A DNA stretch of 64,000 bases. Origin: Octopus bimaculoides (taxonomy: Eukaryota). The translations under genes and the position numbers were made by a program. Where the stretch lies: positions 40,580,901 to 40,644,900 of the forward strand of contig NC_068994.1 in assembly GCF_001194135.2 (NCBI RefSeq), given 5' to 3'. The notes below the pieces were generated by a model. It ran no database searches and had not been told where the DNA came from. It saw only the letters and a program-made list of their open reading frames with translations. Below are positions 41,176 to 53,319 of this stretch, one piece after another (positions within the stretch are counted from its first letter, which is position 1; every line of letters begins with the position of its first letter).

Positions 41176-41491
41176 TGGAGGCGCAATGGCCCAGTGGTTA
41201 GGGCAGCAGACTCGCGGTCGGAGGATCGTGGTTTCGATTCCCTGAGCAGGCGTAGTGTGTGTTTATTGAGCAAAAACACCAAAAGCCCCACGAGGCTCCA
41301 GCAGGGGATGGTGGTGACCCCTGTTGTACTCTTTCGCCCCAACTTTCTCTCCCTGTTTCTTGAGTAAAACTGCAATGGATTGGAGTCCTGTCCCGCTGGG
41401 GGAAGGGGGGAACACATACACCATAGAAACCGGGAAACCGGGCCAATGAGCCTGGCTAGGCTTTAAAAGGGCGAATAAATAAAAAAATAAA
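41176..41491 (+). mobile_element. Full-length young tRNA-derived SINE with 14-bp target-site duplication
   Basis: A box TGGCCCAGTGG, B-box-like GGTTTCGATTCC, many intact CpGs, A-rich tail. TSD ATAATGTACATAGG at 41162-41175 and 41492-41505. Confidence 0.9.
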
Positions 41492-41601
41492 ATAATGTAC
41501 ATAGGCCAACTAAGAGGTGCACCTCACTGATCTGTGAAGATACAGGGCTATTACTCACAGAACATAAGTAAAAGACAATAATTAGTAATAATTAGTAATA
41601 A

Positions 41602-41808
41602 TGGGTAAGTGTCTTCTACTATAGCCTTGAGCTGACCAAAGCCTTGTGAGTGGATTTGGTAGGTGGAAGCTGAAAGATGGTTGTGTGTGTTGTTTTGTCT
41701 GTGTTTGTTCCCCTTCCCTGCATGACAACGGGTGTATTGGTGTGTTTACATCCCCATAACCTAGCAGTTCAGCAAAAGAGACTGATAGAATAATTACTAG
41801 TTTTGAAA
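41602..41808 (+). repeat. Inverted duplicate of 41861-42077
   Basis: Exact reverse complement apart from 2 substitutions and (GT)4 versus (GT)9. Confidence 0.95.
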
Positions 41809-41819
41809 TAATATGCCTT

Positions 41820-42145
41820 CAGGTGTTTTAGTCAAACAGCTTGACCCCAGGACATATTGTTTTCAAGACTAGTAATTATTCTATCAGTCTCTTTTGCTGA
41901 ACTGCTAAGTTATGGGGATGTAAACACACCAATACACCCGTTGTCATGCAGGGAAGGGGAACAAACACAGACAAAACAACACACACACACACACACAACC
42001 ATCTTTCAGCTTCCACCTACCAAATCCACTCACAAGGCTTTGGTCAGCTCAAGGCTATAGTAGAAGACACTTACCCAAGGTGCCATGCAATGAGAGAACC
42101 ATGGAACCTGGAACCTTTGGTTGAGAAAGAATCCTCTTACCACTG
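41820..42145 (-). mobile_element. SINE family B copy (donor of the adjacent inverted duplication)
   Basis: Colinear with family B; shares private variants with 41602-41808. Confidence 0.85.
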
Positions 42146-42209
42146 AGTCACATTTTCTGTTCTATTTTTCTGTTTTCATCACCAAAACTGAGGACACACA
42201 GTAGAAAGA

Positions 42210-42540
42210 AGGACCAGCCATATAAATCCAACAGAGGAAGCAGCTATTAAAAATGATAGAAATGTTTGTCAAGATGTCCATTAAGGATATGAAAACAGAT
42301 GAAATAGTCGGGCCACTGAAGTGTTGAAAATATATACAGTGGGACATTCACCAGTTGCTTGAATGGCCAGTTAGGTAGTACAGGAATAGGTTGTTCCCAA
42401 TACCTGGCATAATCAATAGCTAAGATAGGTAAAAGAGATGCTCTTGAAAGAAACAACTGCCAGAGCAATGAAACTGATGACCAAACTATGAATATAACAG
42501 AAAAAGAGATAGTATAACTAATCAATGATTTATGATTTAC
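42210..42540 (+). mobile_element. Degenerate CR1-like RT fragment
   Basis: YIQWDIHQLLEW resembles LQxDLxxLxxW; LER...ARAMKLM resembles LERVQRRATKL. Confidence 0.4.
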
Positions 42541-42567
42541 TGACAATATATATATAGGTTCCAGCAT

Positions 42568-42994
42568 GGATGTGTAGTAAGAAGTTAGATGCTCAACCAC
42601 ATGGTTCTGGACTCAGTACTATGGTGTGGCACCTTGGGCAAGTGTCTTCTGCCATAGACTTAGAATGCCCAAAGCCTTGTGAATGGATTCAGGAGATGAA
42701 AACTGAAAGAAGTTTATCATGTTATATATATATATATATATATATAAATATATATATATGCAAATATCTCTGTAATAGTATCTTTGAGTTTGTGTTTGTC
42801 TCTCACTACTGCTTGACAACTGGTACTGGTTTGTTTACATCTCCATAACTTGGTTGTTCAGCAAAAGGGTGGTATAGAATAAGTACCAGGCTTAAAAAAA
42901 AAAATTCTTGGGCAATCTTTTTGACTCAACCCTTCAAGGCACTGCCCCAACATGGCTGCTGTTGAATTACTAAAGCAAATAAAAGAATAAAAGA

Positions 42995-42995
<1 letters not shown>
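42568..42995 (+). mobile_element. SINE family B, full length, central (TA)n
   Basis: TGTGTAGTAAGAAG...GGCACCTTGGGCAAGTGTCTTC...AGAATAAGTACCAGGCTT...AAATAAAAGAATAAAAGA. Confidence 0.8.
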
Positions 42996-43072
<77 letters not shown>

Positions 43073-43112
43073 GTATATATATATATATACATATATATAT
43101 GGGTATATATAT

Positions 43113-43339
43113 AAGACACCATTTCGAGCGTGGCCGTTTTCGTGCGGGTGACACGTAAAAGCACCCACTACACTCTCTGAGTGGTTGGCGTTAGGAAGGG
43201 CATCCAGCTGTAGAAACTCTGCCAAATTAGATTGGAGCCTGGTGTTGCCATCCGGTTTCACCAGTCCTCAGTCAAATCGTCCAACCCATGCTAGCATGGA
43301 AAGCGGATGTTAAACGATGATGATGATGATGATGATGAT
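43113..43339 (+). mobile_element. 3'UTR fragment of the same RTE family
   Basis: Near-identical to 47735-47950; (GAT)n tail; preceded by (AT)n. Confidence 0.9.
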
Positions 43340-44859
43340 ACAGATACAGACATACACACATACACATATAGGTATATATAGTATATATACATACACAGAG
43401 ACACACACATGAATATATTATATATATTATACATATATGTACTTACATGCACCTATATGTATGTGAAAGTACATATATATATATATATATATATTCACAG
43501 ATGGATAGTAGTAGACAAAGAAATACATGACTACATGAGTAGATATAGACACACATGCACACATACACGCTCACACTCATTTGCATATAAGAGAGAAAAA
43601 GTAGATATGACTAAAGTTGCTTCAAGAGAAATATCGGTTGTATTCGAATGAAAGGATTCATTGTTGGTTGGGAGTGGTTGACACATGAAAGCTATCAGTT
43701 AGAAGTTACATTAGAGAAGAGGTATCATTAGTTTTGGGTTTGAGGCGATAAAGAATTGATAGTAACTTGAGGTTACCTGAAAAGAGGTATCGACTAATAT
43801 ACAGCAGTTGGAAGTGAGACTGCCAATGTTTATATCTGGAAGCGAAATGAAAGAAAAAAAAAAGAAAGAAATTAAACAATAGTGAAAATAGAAATACTGA
43901 ATGGCACAGAAAGATGATTTGACAGGAGAATGAAATGGAAGAAATCGTTTTTAACAATCTAGACAAGGATGGGTGGCGGGTCACATTTGTGTCAAAGGAG
44001 CATTGTCATATAGCAGTGGGGTTCTTGTAAAGTTAGTGACCTGTCTTACATATTCTTTGTATCCTATACTGTACGTTGAAAAACTGATAGCTGTTAGAGC
44101 TTGAGGATGTAAAAATGGAGAGAAGCTTCAATATTAGACTACTTCAAGTTGAAAATCTAGAGATGTACAAAAATTATTGTTAATAATATAAATACTGTCC
44201 GTTTTTTTCAAAATACTTTTATAATTTGTTTTTTATTTTAGATGATATGTTCTAATGGAATAGGTTACAATTTTGTAAAAGGTGTAGGTTTATGACAAAG
44301 CAATATGTTTATGGATATACACTAACACAACTGAGTTGGATGTGCTTATACATATGTATTAAAGAATGTGTGAAGAATACATTTGTAAAGATATATATAC
44401 ACACACATGCTTAAGACTGTGTGTAGATTTAATATGTTTGCACAGGCATGACTGTGTGGTAAGAAGTTTGTTTCGAAGCCACATGGATCTGGGTCCAGTC
44501 CCACCTTGGACAAGTATCTTCTACTATAGCCTTGGGCCAACCAAGTGGATTTGGTAGATGGAAACAAAACCTGAGTAGCTCCAGCAGTTTCTGTAATGGA
44601 CAAGGCATTTCTGATGTTTGTTTCACTTCATTTATTTCACCTGTTATTTTTTACCGGGGTGGTAAGAAAAAATATTGTAAGTGGGAGATGTAAACCATTT
44701 GAAACAAATGTAGGTGCTATCATGGTTGTGAGGTTAAGAAACTTGTTTCCCAACCAAGTGATCTTTGTCCCTCTGTTATTTCTGGTAAACATTAATAAAA
44801 ATATACATATACTCAAATTTTGAGTTCTATCTTTCCTGCTTGCACCAACATACCTAATA

Positions 44860-44900
<41 letters not shown>

Positions 44901-45529
44901 NNNNNNNNNNNNNNNNNNNNNNNNNNNNNNNNNNNNNNNNNNNNNNNNNNNNNNNNNNNNNNNNNNNNNNNNNNNNNNNNNNNNNNNNNNNNNNNNNNNN
45001 NNNNNNNNNNNNNNNNNNNNNNNNNNNNNNNNNNNNNNNNNNNNNNNNNNNNNNNNNNNNNNNNNNNNNNNNNNNNNNNNNNNNNNNNNNNNNNNNNNNN
45101 NNNNNNNNNNNNNNNNNNNNNNNNNNNNNNNNNNNNNNNNNNNNNNNNNNNNNNNNNNNNNNNNNNNNNNNNNNNNNNNNNNNNNNNNNNNNNNNNNNNN
45201 NNNNNNNNNNNNNNNNNNNNNNNNNNNNNNNNNNNNNNNNNNNNNNNNNNNNNNNNNNNNNNNNNNNNNNNNNNNNNNNNNNNNNNNNNNNNNNNNNNNN
45301 NNNNNNNNNNNNNNNNNNNNNNNNNNNNNNNNNNNNNNNNNNNNNNNNNNNNNNNNNNNNNNNNNNNNNNNNNNNNNNNNNNNNNNNNNNNNNNNNNNNN
45401 NNNNNNNNNNNNNNNNNNNNNNNNNNNNNNNNNNNNNNNNNNNNNNNNNNNNNNNNNNNNNNNNNNNNNNNNNNNNNNNNNNNNNNNNNNNNNNNNNNNN
45501 NNNNNNNNNNNNNNNNNNNNNNNNNNNNN

Positions 45530-45570
<41 letters not shown>

Positions 45571-46187
45571 GTGTGTGTGTGTATGAGTGTATGTATGCAT
45601 GTGTGTGCTTAAGTATGTTTATATATATGTATATAACTCTCAGTAAAAGGCTAAGAGCCAGAAAAATTAGATTCTTTCCTCATCATGGCAGTTGTACTTA
45701 CCAAATTTCAATTACACTTTTCTATCCCTATTTGAACTCATAATCAAAATTCTGTCTTTCCTGTTATAACTGTTTTTATACCTGATATGAATGAATGGGT
45801 TTGCGAAAATCCGGATATCCAGATATTAAAGTAATTGATGGGACAAGAATTTTTAAAGCTTCATATGCTTCTAACTATAAAAGAAAAAAAAAAAAAAACA
45901 AGAATTGTTTAATGCTTTTGTGAACACCATTCATTATGTTACAGGTTTCCAACAAGCTAGGCACTGGTTTACTGAATTTCCAATGGCCAGATTGACAAAA
46001 AGTGTCTGTGCATTTCAACCTGAATAAATACCATTAATATTCAAATGTACCTTCTTACCTATACCTTTTACTTGTTTAACCTATTGGAGTGTGGCCATGC
46101 TAAATCACTACCTTGAAGGGTTTAATTTTGCTGGGGAGAGGTTTCATTGCAATAGACTTGTTAGTTTCATTGGGCAATTAGAACGTG

Positions 46188-46394
46188 GTCAGAACAGTAA
46201 TGGAGAAATATTTTTCATCCCAGACAAGCGAATTTTGGAAGAGGGGCCTTGAAAGTCTACCAGATAGATAGAAGAGCATTGTAGAAAATAAAGGAGAGTA
46301 TATTTTAGATTTTCAAAAAATACTTTGTTTATCTTAATTTTGAAAAATAAAATAAAGTATAAAAAAACCACATTATTTATGAGATGACCCAATG
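46188..46394 (+). mobile_element. Mariner transposon 3' fragment: transposase C-terminus plus right TIR
   Basis: [40 protein letters not shown] fits the mariner C-terminal pattern FFxSKxxxFYxxGIxxLxxRWxxVVxxxGxY. Ends CATTATTTATGAGATGACCCAATG|TA in (TA)n. Confidence 0.8.
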
Positions 46395-46521
46395 TATATA
46401 TATATATATATACACACACATACATATATATGCGTGTGTACATATATACATATAGATATATATATATGCATATATATGCGGGTATATATATATATGTATA
46501 TATGTATGTGAATATACATAC

Positions 46522-46565
<44 letters not shown>

Positions 46566-47090
46566 AGCCTCTGTGCAGTTTATCCAGTATCTGAACTGTG
46601 AACTTTAGAGCTCAGATCTTGATACAATGTGAAATATTTTCTGTACGTATATAAGGGTGTAATGTTTCAGTTATGTTATATTTAAAGACAACAAGCTGTA
46701 TTAAACATTTATACCACAACATGCTTGTATGCCACTGTATGTATGTATTCTATGATATGATAGCATGAGTATACATATGTATGTGCATTTGTGCATATAT
46801 ATACATAAATGCATAATTACCTGAATGTCTTTTTTTTTCCAATGCTCTCTGAGGACTATAGTGAACACAGTCTCTTGTGACCATTTTGATAGGTCTTACA
46901 TGTTTACAAGTCTTAAGTTGCATATACCATCATTGGAAGCAACAAGGAGTTCACTGCGTTATCTGAAGCCACCAATTTATGTATATATGCAAGCTCATTT
47001 GTATGCATGTATGTATATTTTACATATGTGACTGCTTCCGATATTTCACATATTTACATATGTATATGTATATGTATATGTATATATATA

Positions 47091-47949
47091 AAAGCTGAAC
47101 ATTAGAAGCATCAGTTGTGGCGTGCAAGAGAGACGATTGCGCTGGTATGGACATGTGGTGAGAATGGAGGAGGATAGCTGCGTGAAAAAGTGCCACACCC
47201 TAACAGTTGAGGGAACCCGTGGAAGAGGTAGGCCCAGGAAGACCTGGGCTGAGGTGGTGAGGCAAGACCTTCGTACATTGGGCCTCACCGAGGCGATGAC
47301 TACGGACCGAGACCTTTGGAAATGTGCTGTGCGTGAGAAGACCCGGCAAGCCAAGTAAGATCGTTGCCAGTGCCCCTGGACTGGTTCTTGTGTGGGTGGC
47401 ACATGAGATGCACCATTTTGAGTGTGGCCGNNNNNNNNNNNNNNNNNNNNNNNNNNNNNNNNNNNNNNNNNNNNNNNNNNNNNNNNNNNNNNNNNNNNNN
47501 NNNNNNNNNNNNNNNNNNNNNNNNNNNNNNNNNNNNNNNNNNNNNNNNNNNNNNNNNNNNNNNNNNNNNNNNNNNNNNNNNNNNNNNNNNNNNNNNNNNN
47601 NNNNNNNNNNNNNNNNNNNNNNNNNNNNNNNNNNNNNNNNNNNNNNNNNNNNNNNNNNNNNNNNNNNNNNNNNNNNNNNNNNNNNNNNNNNNNNNNNNNN
47701 NNNNNNNNNNNNNNNNNNNNNNNNNNNNNNNNNNATTTCGAGCGTGGCCGTTTTCGTGCGGGTGACACGTAAAAGCACCCACTACACTCTCTGAGTGGTT
47801 GGCATTAGGAAGGGCATCCAGCTGTAGAAACTCTGCCAAATCAGACTGGAGCCTGGTGTTGCCATCCGGTTTCACCAGTCCTCAGTCAAATCGTCCAACC
47901 CATGCTAGCATGGAAAGCGGACGTTAAACGATGATGATGATGATGATGA

Positions 47950-47953
<4 letters not shown>
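47091..47953 (+). mobile_element. 5'-truncated RTE-clade LINE: ORF C-terminus, 3'UTR (interrupted by a gap) and (GAT)n tail
   Basis: 47092-47358 encodes KLNIRSISCGVQERRLRWYGHVVRMEE...GTRGRGRPRKTW...DRDLWK, the typical RTE C-terminal signature. Ends CGTTAAACGATGATGAT. Both flanks are (AT)-rich microsatellite. Confidence 0.9.
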
Positions 47954-47987
<34 letters not shown>

Positions 47988-48678
47988 ATACATATATATG
48001 TGCATATATATAAACACACACACACATATATATGTATTTATTTACATACACACATTCTTCTCTCTCATGCACACACAGACAAACATATTTGCACATGTCA
48101 TGCATATATATATGCATGTATATGAATATATACATATACATATATTGACAAGAGCATGCATCCCTCCTCTATATATGTGTGCCTATATCTGTGCGTAAGT
48201 ATTTGGGTGTGCAACTGGAAAAAAAGGTACTCAGTACATCTGTAATAGTTTATTCTGTTGCTATTCCAATTTTCTTACTTATGTACATTGTTTCAGGCAA
48301 ACTCACACACACAATGTCATATACTTACATATAAGAATGTATCAATGAGTACTCAATATCTGACCGTGAGGAAATTATTTTGCCTGAAAACTCTGTTTGT
48401 GAACCATGCGAGCATGGGAAAAAAGGACATTATAACGAGGACGATGACAGCAATGATGATGATAATGTTGATGATGACAATGATGACACTCATTGAATCT
48501 TCTAAATTGAGAATTTTTGAAACCAATTTTTAAATGCATAATTAGAAGGTCAGACACTATAATGGTATTTTTTTAAGCAGTAATTTTGGACCTTGGCAAA
48601 GCCTGTAGACTTAGAATATTTTGGCTTTTACTAATTATAGGCTTAAAATTACTTCCAAGAAGTCACTTTATACCTATA

Positions 48679-48879
48679 TAGGTTGTCCACAAGGTCTGGG
48701 TATATGGAATAAATAAAATCATTACATAAACAATTAAATATAAGAAATAATAATTTCTTAAAGTATGTGTTAATCCCCATGTACCCAGACTTTNNNNNNN
48801 NNNACAATTAAATATAAGAAATAATAATTTCTTAAAGTATGTGTTAATCCCCATGTACCCAGACTTTGTGGACACCCTG
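48679..48879. mobile_element. Short Tc1/mariner-type MITE (interior artificially duplicated across a 10-N gap)
   Basis: 29-bp TIRs match 25/29 (TAGGTTGTCCACAAGGTCTGGGTATATGG / CCATGTACCCAGACTTTGTGGACACCCTG); TA on both sides. Confidence 0.8.
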
Positions 48880-49943
48880 TAGAACATGGGTAAATTGGAC
48901 ACTTCCTAAGACAACAAGCGATTATCTATGAGGTCACATAAACCTTTTAAGAACAGTAGCCAAATCTCGTTCTAATAACAGATTGCTATCTTAAAAGGCC
49001 ACATTAAATAATGTAATCTTATATAGACTGTTCTTGAAAAAGGGTGGAATGGACATGGCTAGAACAACTTTGTTCATACTTCCAACAGATCAGGATGAAC
49101 TAGTGATGGATGGGTAAAATAGCAATAGCAACGACTTCTTCTCTAACAGACACTGGGGAGATTGATTCCTATTATTATAAGGTAAGTAAAGAAATACATA
49201 TTCATGAGGACATTTTGCTTCAGTGAAATTCAGCAGAGATTGTTCTTATCTTTCCTATTGACATTAGCGAAAGAACAATTTCAGCTTGAAACACACATTA
49301 GCCATTCAAAAACACCCCAAAATTGTTAACATCACTTTCTGTATGTATATAAGGTGCATTTTTTATTATTCTCAAATGAAACAAAAAAATTGCCATGCAT
49401 CTAATGCAACTGTATGGATAGCATATGAGAGAAGGATCTAATATAATAAATTTGTTTGTTTTTTTTTCTCCACAAAATGTACTTTCTCTTTACAAAAATG
49501 TAGGGTGTTTGTCTTATGCGAGAGTGCATCTTTTACACTGGCAAATGTGGTAAACATTTATTATTTGGCATCAAAATTTTTGCTGCACCAACTGCAACTT
49601 GGTCACTAACACAGTTTCACTGCAATGTTGCACTATCAACACAAATTTCGACAGCAAGTAATAAATGTTTAAATGAAGTTAACAGTTTTTTTTTGTTTTT
49701 TAATGGCTAGCATGTGTCCCCTATGTTGTAATTGTTTTAGTTTCAATACACAATCTTGGATCAAAACACTTGCCAAACAAGTACATCTCTGAAATTAGTA
49801 GAATAATTTCATTAAAACAATACATAACTGGGAATTGAATTAATTTTTGCTGATTTGACTTCTCCAGCAATTATTACATTTTAGTAATCTAGTTTTTATT
49901 ATGATAACTACCAGGATATATAAATCAGTGTATTACCTAATAT

Positions 49944-49944
<1 letters not shown>

Positions 49945-50022
<78 letters not shown>

Positions 50023-50036
50023 CATTATTATTATTT
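49945..50036. repeat. (TAT)n microsatellite
   Basis: Direct inspection. Confidence 0.95.
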
Positions 50037-50042
50037 TCACCG

Positions 50043-50830
50043 AGGAAGTGAGCTGGCAGAATTGTTAGCACACCAGACCAGATGCTTAGAAGCATTTCTT
50101 TTGGTTTTATGCTCTGAATTCAAATTTCATCAAAGTTGACTTTCCTTTCATTTTTTTTGGGGGGGGGGGTTGATAAAGTAAGTACCAGTTGCCTATAGAA
50201 GAAAGAACTATTACTGTTTCTACTAAGGCAGTGAACTGGACATGAGTCCAGACAGTAGCATTTCATCTGCTTTTATGTTCTGAAACCAAGATTTACTTTG
50301 CTTTTCATCCTTTCAGTGATGATAAAGTAAGTACCAGTTGAGTACTAGGTTCCAATGTAATCAATTAGTTCCCACCCACTGCCCTCAAAATTTTAGCCTT
50401 TGTGCTTATAGTAGAAAGAATTACTCTTTTACTTTTTAACCACAGGGGAAGGCAATACTCATGGCTTTCTACAAGTAGGGGAGATGAAAAGTAATATCAA
50501 ACCAGAAACCCAGCCTGAATCTTTGCAGCAGAATGAAATAATTGGTGCCAGGTGGTGATGATAAACTAGGAGATGAGTTAAATTTACTGCCTAAGTGAGC
50601 CATGGTAGAATTTGAACTCAGAATACAAGGAGCTGGGACAAATACAATAAGGTATCTGATCTGTTGTTCATATAATTCTTGCCAATCCATCCCCTCCAAC
50701 TGGTACATTTTATTAATGCTGAAAGGATAAAAGGTAAAGTTGAGGTCAACAGGGTTTGAACACAGAACAAAGGGAACATATACTGCAAAACATTTTGTCC
50801 ATTGCTCTAAGAACTCTACCAATTCTCCAG
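50043..50830. mobile_element. Cluster of four family A SINE fragments (two plus at 50043-50410, two minus at 50500-50830)
   Basis: Repeated GATAAAGTAAGTACCAGTTG on plus and GAATTTGAACTCAGAA / GGTTTGAACACAGAAC on minus. Confidence 0.7.
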
Positions 50831-50877
50831 TTATTATGTATACACACATACAATATTATACCTTCAAGGATCAGCAT

Positions 50878-50956
50878 GTATGTATGTATGTATGTATGTA
50901 TGTATGTATGTATGTATGTATGTGTGTGTGTATGCATGTGTTTGTATATGTACAGC

Positions 50957-51026
<70 letters not shown>
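50878..51026. repeat. (TATG)n/(TG)n/(GA)n compound microsatellite; similar tetranucleotide arrays at 11530-11670, 26848-26960, 28097-28190, 53285-53400
   Basis: Direct inspection. Confidence 0.9.
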
Positions 51027-51027
<1 letters not shown>

Positions 51028-52119
51028 GCATATACATTACTGCAAGCATTATATATATGTATCATCACACTTAATCTGCCTCACACATAGCTGTAAATAT
51101 TATACATGCATTATCATACCACACACGCACACGTACACACACATATGCATAAAGAAACATATATATTTATAAATAAATAAATAAATAAATAAATATATAA
51201 ATATAAACACACGTATGACACACAAACAAACACACATACACATGCATACATATACATATACATACATTTATACACAGATACACACGTTTATGCACATACA
51301 AATATATGTAAGTATAAATGCTCGTATAGACAAATATATGCTAATATTTGCATGTGTGCATCTGTGCACATTATATACAGATATTCATGCCTATATGGAT
51401 AGATGATCTGACTGCACACATGTCTCTTTATATTAGTTGTATGCTTATTTCTTTCAGAAGCTCTAAATATGCATCAATTTATTTATTGCCTAGCAGTGCA
51501 TAGTCAATGTTTGATTAAGTGTATGCATAAGAGAATATATATGTGTGTGTATGTGTAAATGTGCATATGTGTGTGTCTGCGTGTATGTGAGAGAGAGAGA
51601 GGTTACTGGCAATTCAGAAGCTAAGTCTAGTGTACCAAGCTTACTTGTACTATATAATGCATATTAATGCAAATCATCCATTGGAACGGGCATCACGGAT
51701 GCAGGTGCATAACAACATTATTGTATTCATTCACGCATACATACACACACATTCACACTCACAGATACACACACTCTCATCACTCATGCACATTTGCATT
51801 GGTCCTTTTTCATTTCATAAATTTGATAGGTTCTCCCTTAGCTTATCAAATATACTTCACTCACATTATGATTTTGATCTTATTCAATAAAAATAACCTT
51901 TGAAACAATGTTTGGTCGATTTGTAACATCAGTAATAGTGCACTGTGTATGATGTATATATAAAAATCTGTCTCATCTGCTAAACAAATAGAAAAGGAAA
52001 GCAAAAGACAAAAACAACAACAAGCGAGTAAATAACACTATACTATAAGAACATAAAGACAAAAGGATTTATACAGAATGTATTTCTGTTTTTGTTCTTA
52101 TTTTCACATAGATGAGCGG

Positions 52120-52920
52120 CTCGAAATTTTAGCAAGAGGGAACAGTCAATAATATCAACCTCAATAACTTGATTGGTACTTATTTTATTGACCCTGAAAA
52201 AAAATGAGGAGGATATGCGAGGTTGACCTCAGCAGGATTTGAACACAGAACAACAATGACTATAGCAAGAACAATAACAGTAATAATGGTTTCAGATTTC
52301 GGCACAATGCCAGCAATTTTAGAGGAGGAGATAAGTCGATTACATCAACCCCAGTGTTCAACTGATATTTATTTTATCGACCCTGAAAAGATGAAAGGCA
52401 AAGTTGGTCTCGTCAGAATTTGAACTCAGAACAGAAGGACAGATGACGTGCCACTAAGCATTTTGCCTGGCATGCTAATAATTCTGCCAGCTCACCACCT
52501 TAACAACAACGACAATAATAATGACAACAATAATAAAGATTCTGATTGTTTCTAATTTAAGCATGGCCCCCAAAAGAATGAAAGGCAAAGTTGATCCCTG
52601 ATGGATTTGAATGCATAGCTTGAAGAACCTAATCAAATACTACAGAATATTTTCTTCTCTTTGTTTTTCTAATATCCTAATGATTTGGTCAATATACTGT
52701 GCTTATTAATTTCTGATAATAGTCATAAGGCCATCAATTGTATTAGAGGGGTGCTATTCAATTACATCCATCTCAATACTTGGGTGGTTTTTTATTTTAT
52801 TGCTCTCAAAAGGATAGAAGGTTAAGCTGACCTCAGCAGGACTCAAACTCAGAATGCAAAGAGCTGGAACAATTACTGCCTAGCATTTTGTTTGACATTC
52901 AAACAATTTAACCAGTCTCA
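52120..52920 (-). mobile_element. Series of about four same-orientation family A SINE copies/fragments; best copy 52288-52499
   Basis: Recurrent GATGAAAGGCAAAGTTG / GTTGACCTCAGCAGGA / TGGTACTTATTTTAT motifs. Confidence 0.75.
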
Positions 52921-53286
52921 CATCATATATACCTTATTAAAACTTTCTTTTGTTCTTTCACACAACGTATCCAGAAACACACCATTTAATATGTCCTTCC
53001 ACTTTTAAGGTGGAAGATTTTGTGATTTGAGGGAGATTAAACAGTTATCTCTTGCAAATTTAGTAGCCACACAGAAATTCCTTCATTGTTGCTCTCCCAT
53101 TTAAAAAAATAGTTTTTGTAGGTGCAGGCAAGGCTGTGTGGTTAAGAAATTTGCTTTCCAATCATGTACTTTGGGTTCAGTCCCTCTGTATGGCACCTTG
53201 GGCAAGTATCTTCTACTTTAACCATGGGCAGACCAAAGCCTTCTGAATGGATTAGCTAGGCAGAAACTGATAGAAGCAAATTGTAC

Positions 53287-53319
<33 letters not shown>

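Noticed and set aside
41177-41252. tRNA-like sequence
   Set aside because: SINE head: continues into a SINE body and A-tail with TSD; no closed acceptor stem.
48745-48867. ~69-bp direct duplication around a 10-N gap (similar at 5535/5583)
   Set aside because: Typical unmerged contig overlap; assembly artefact.
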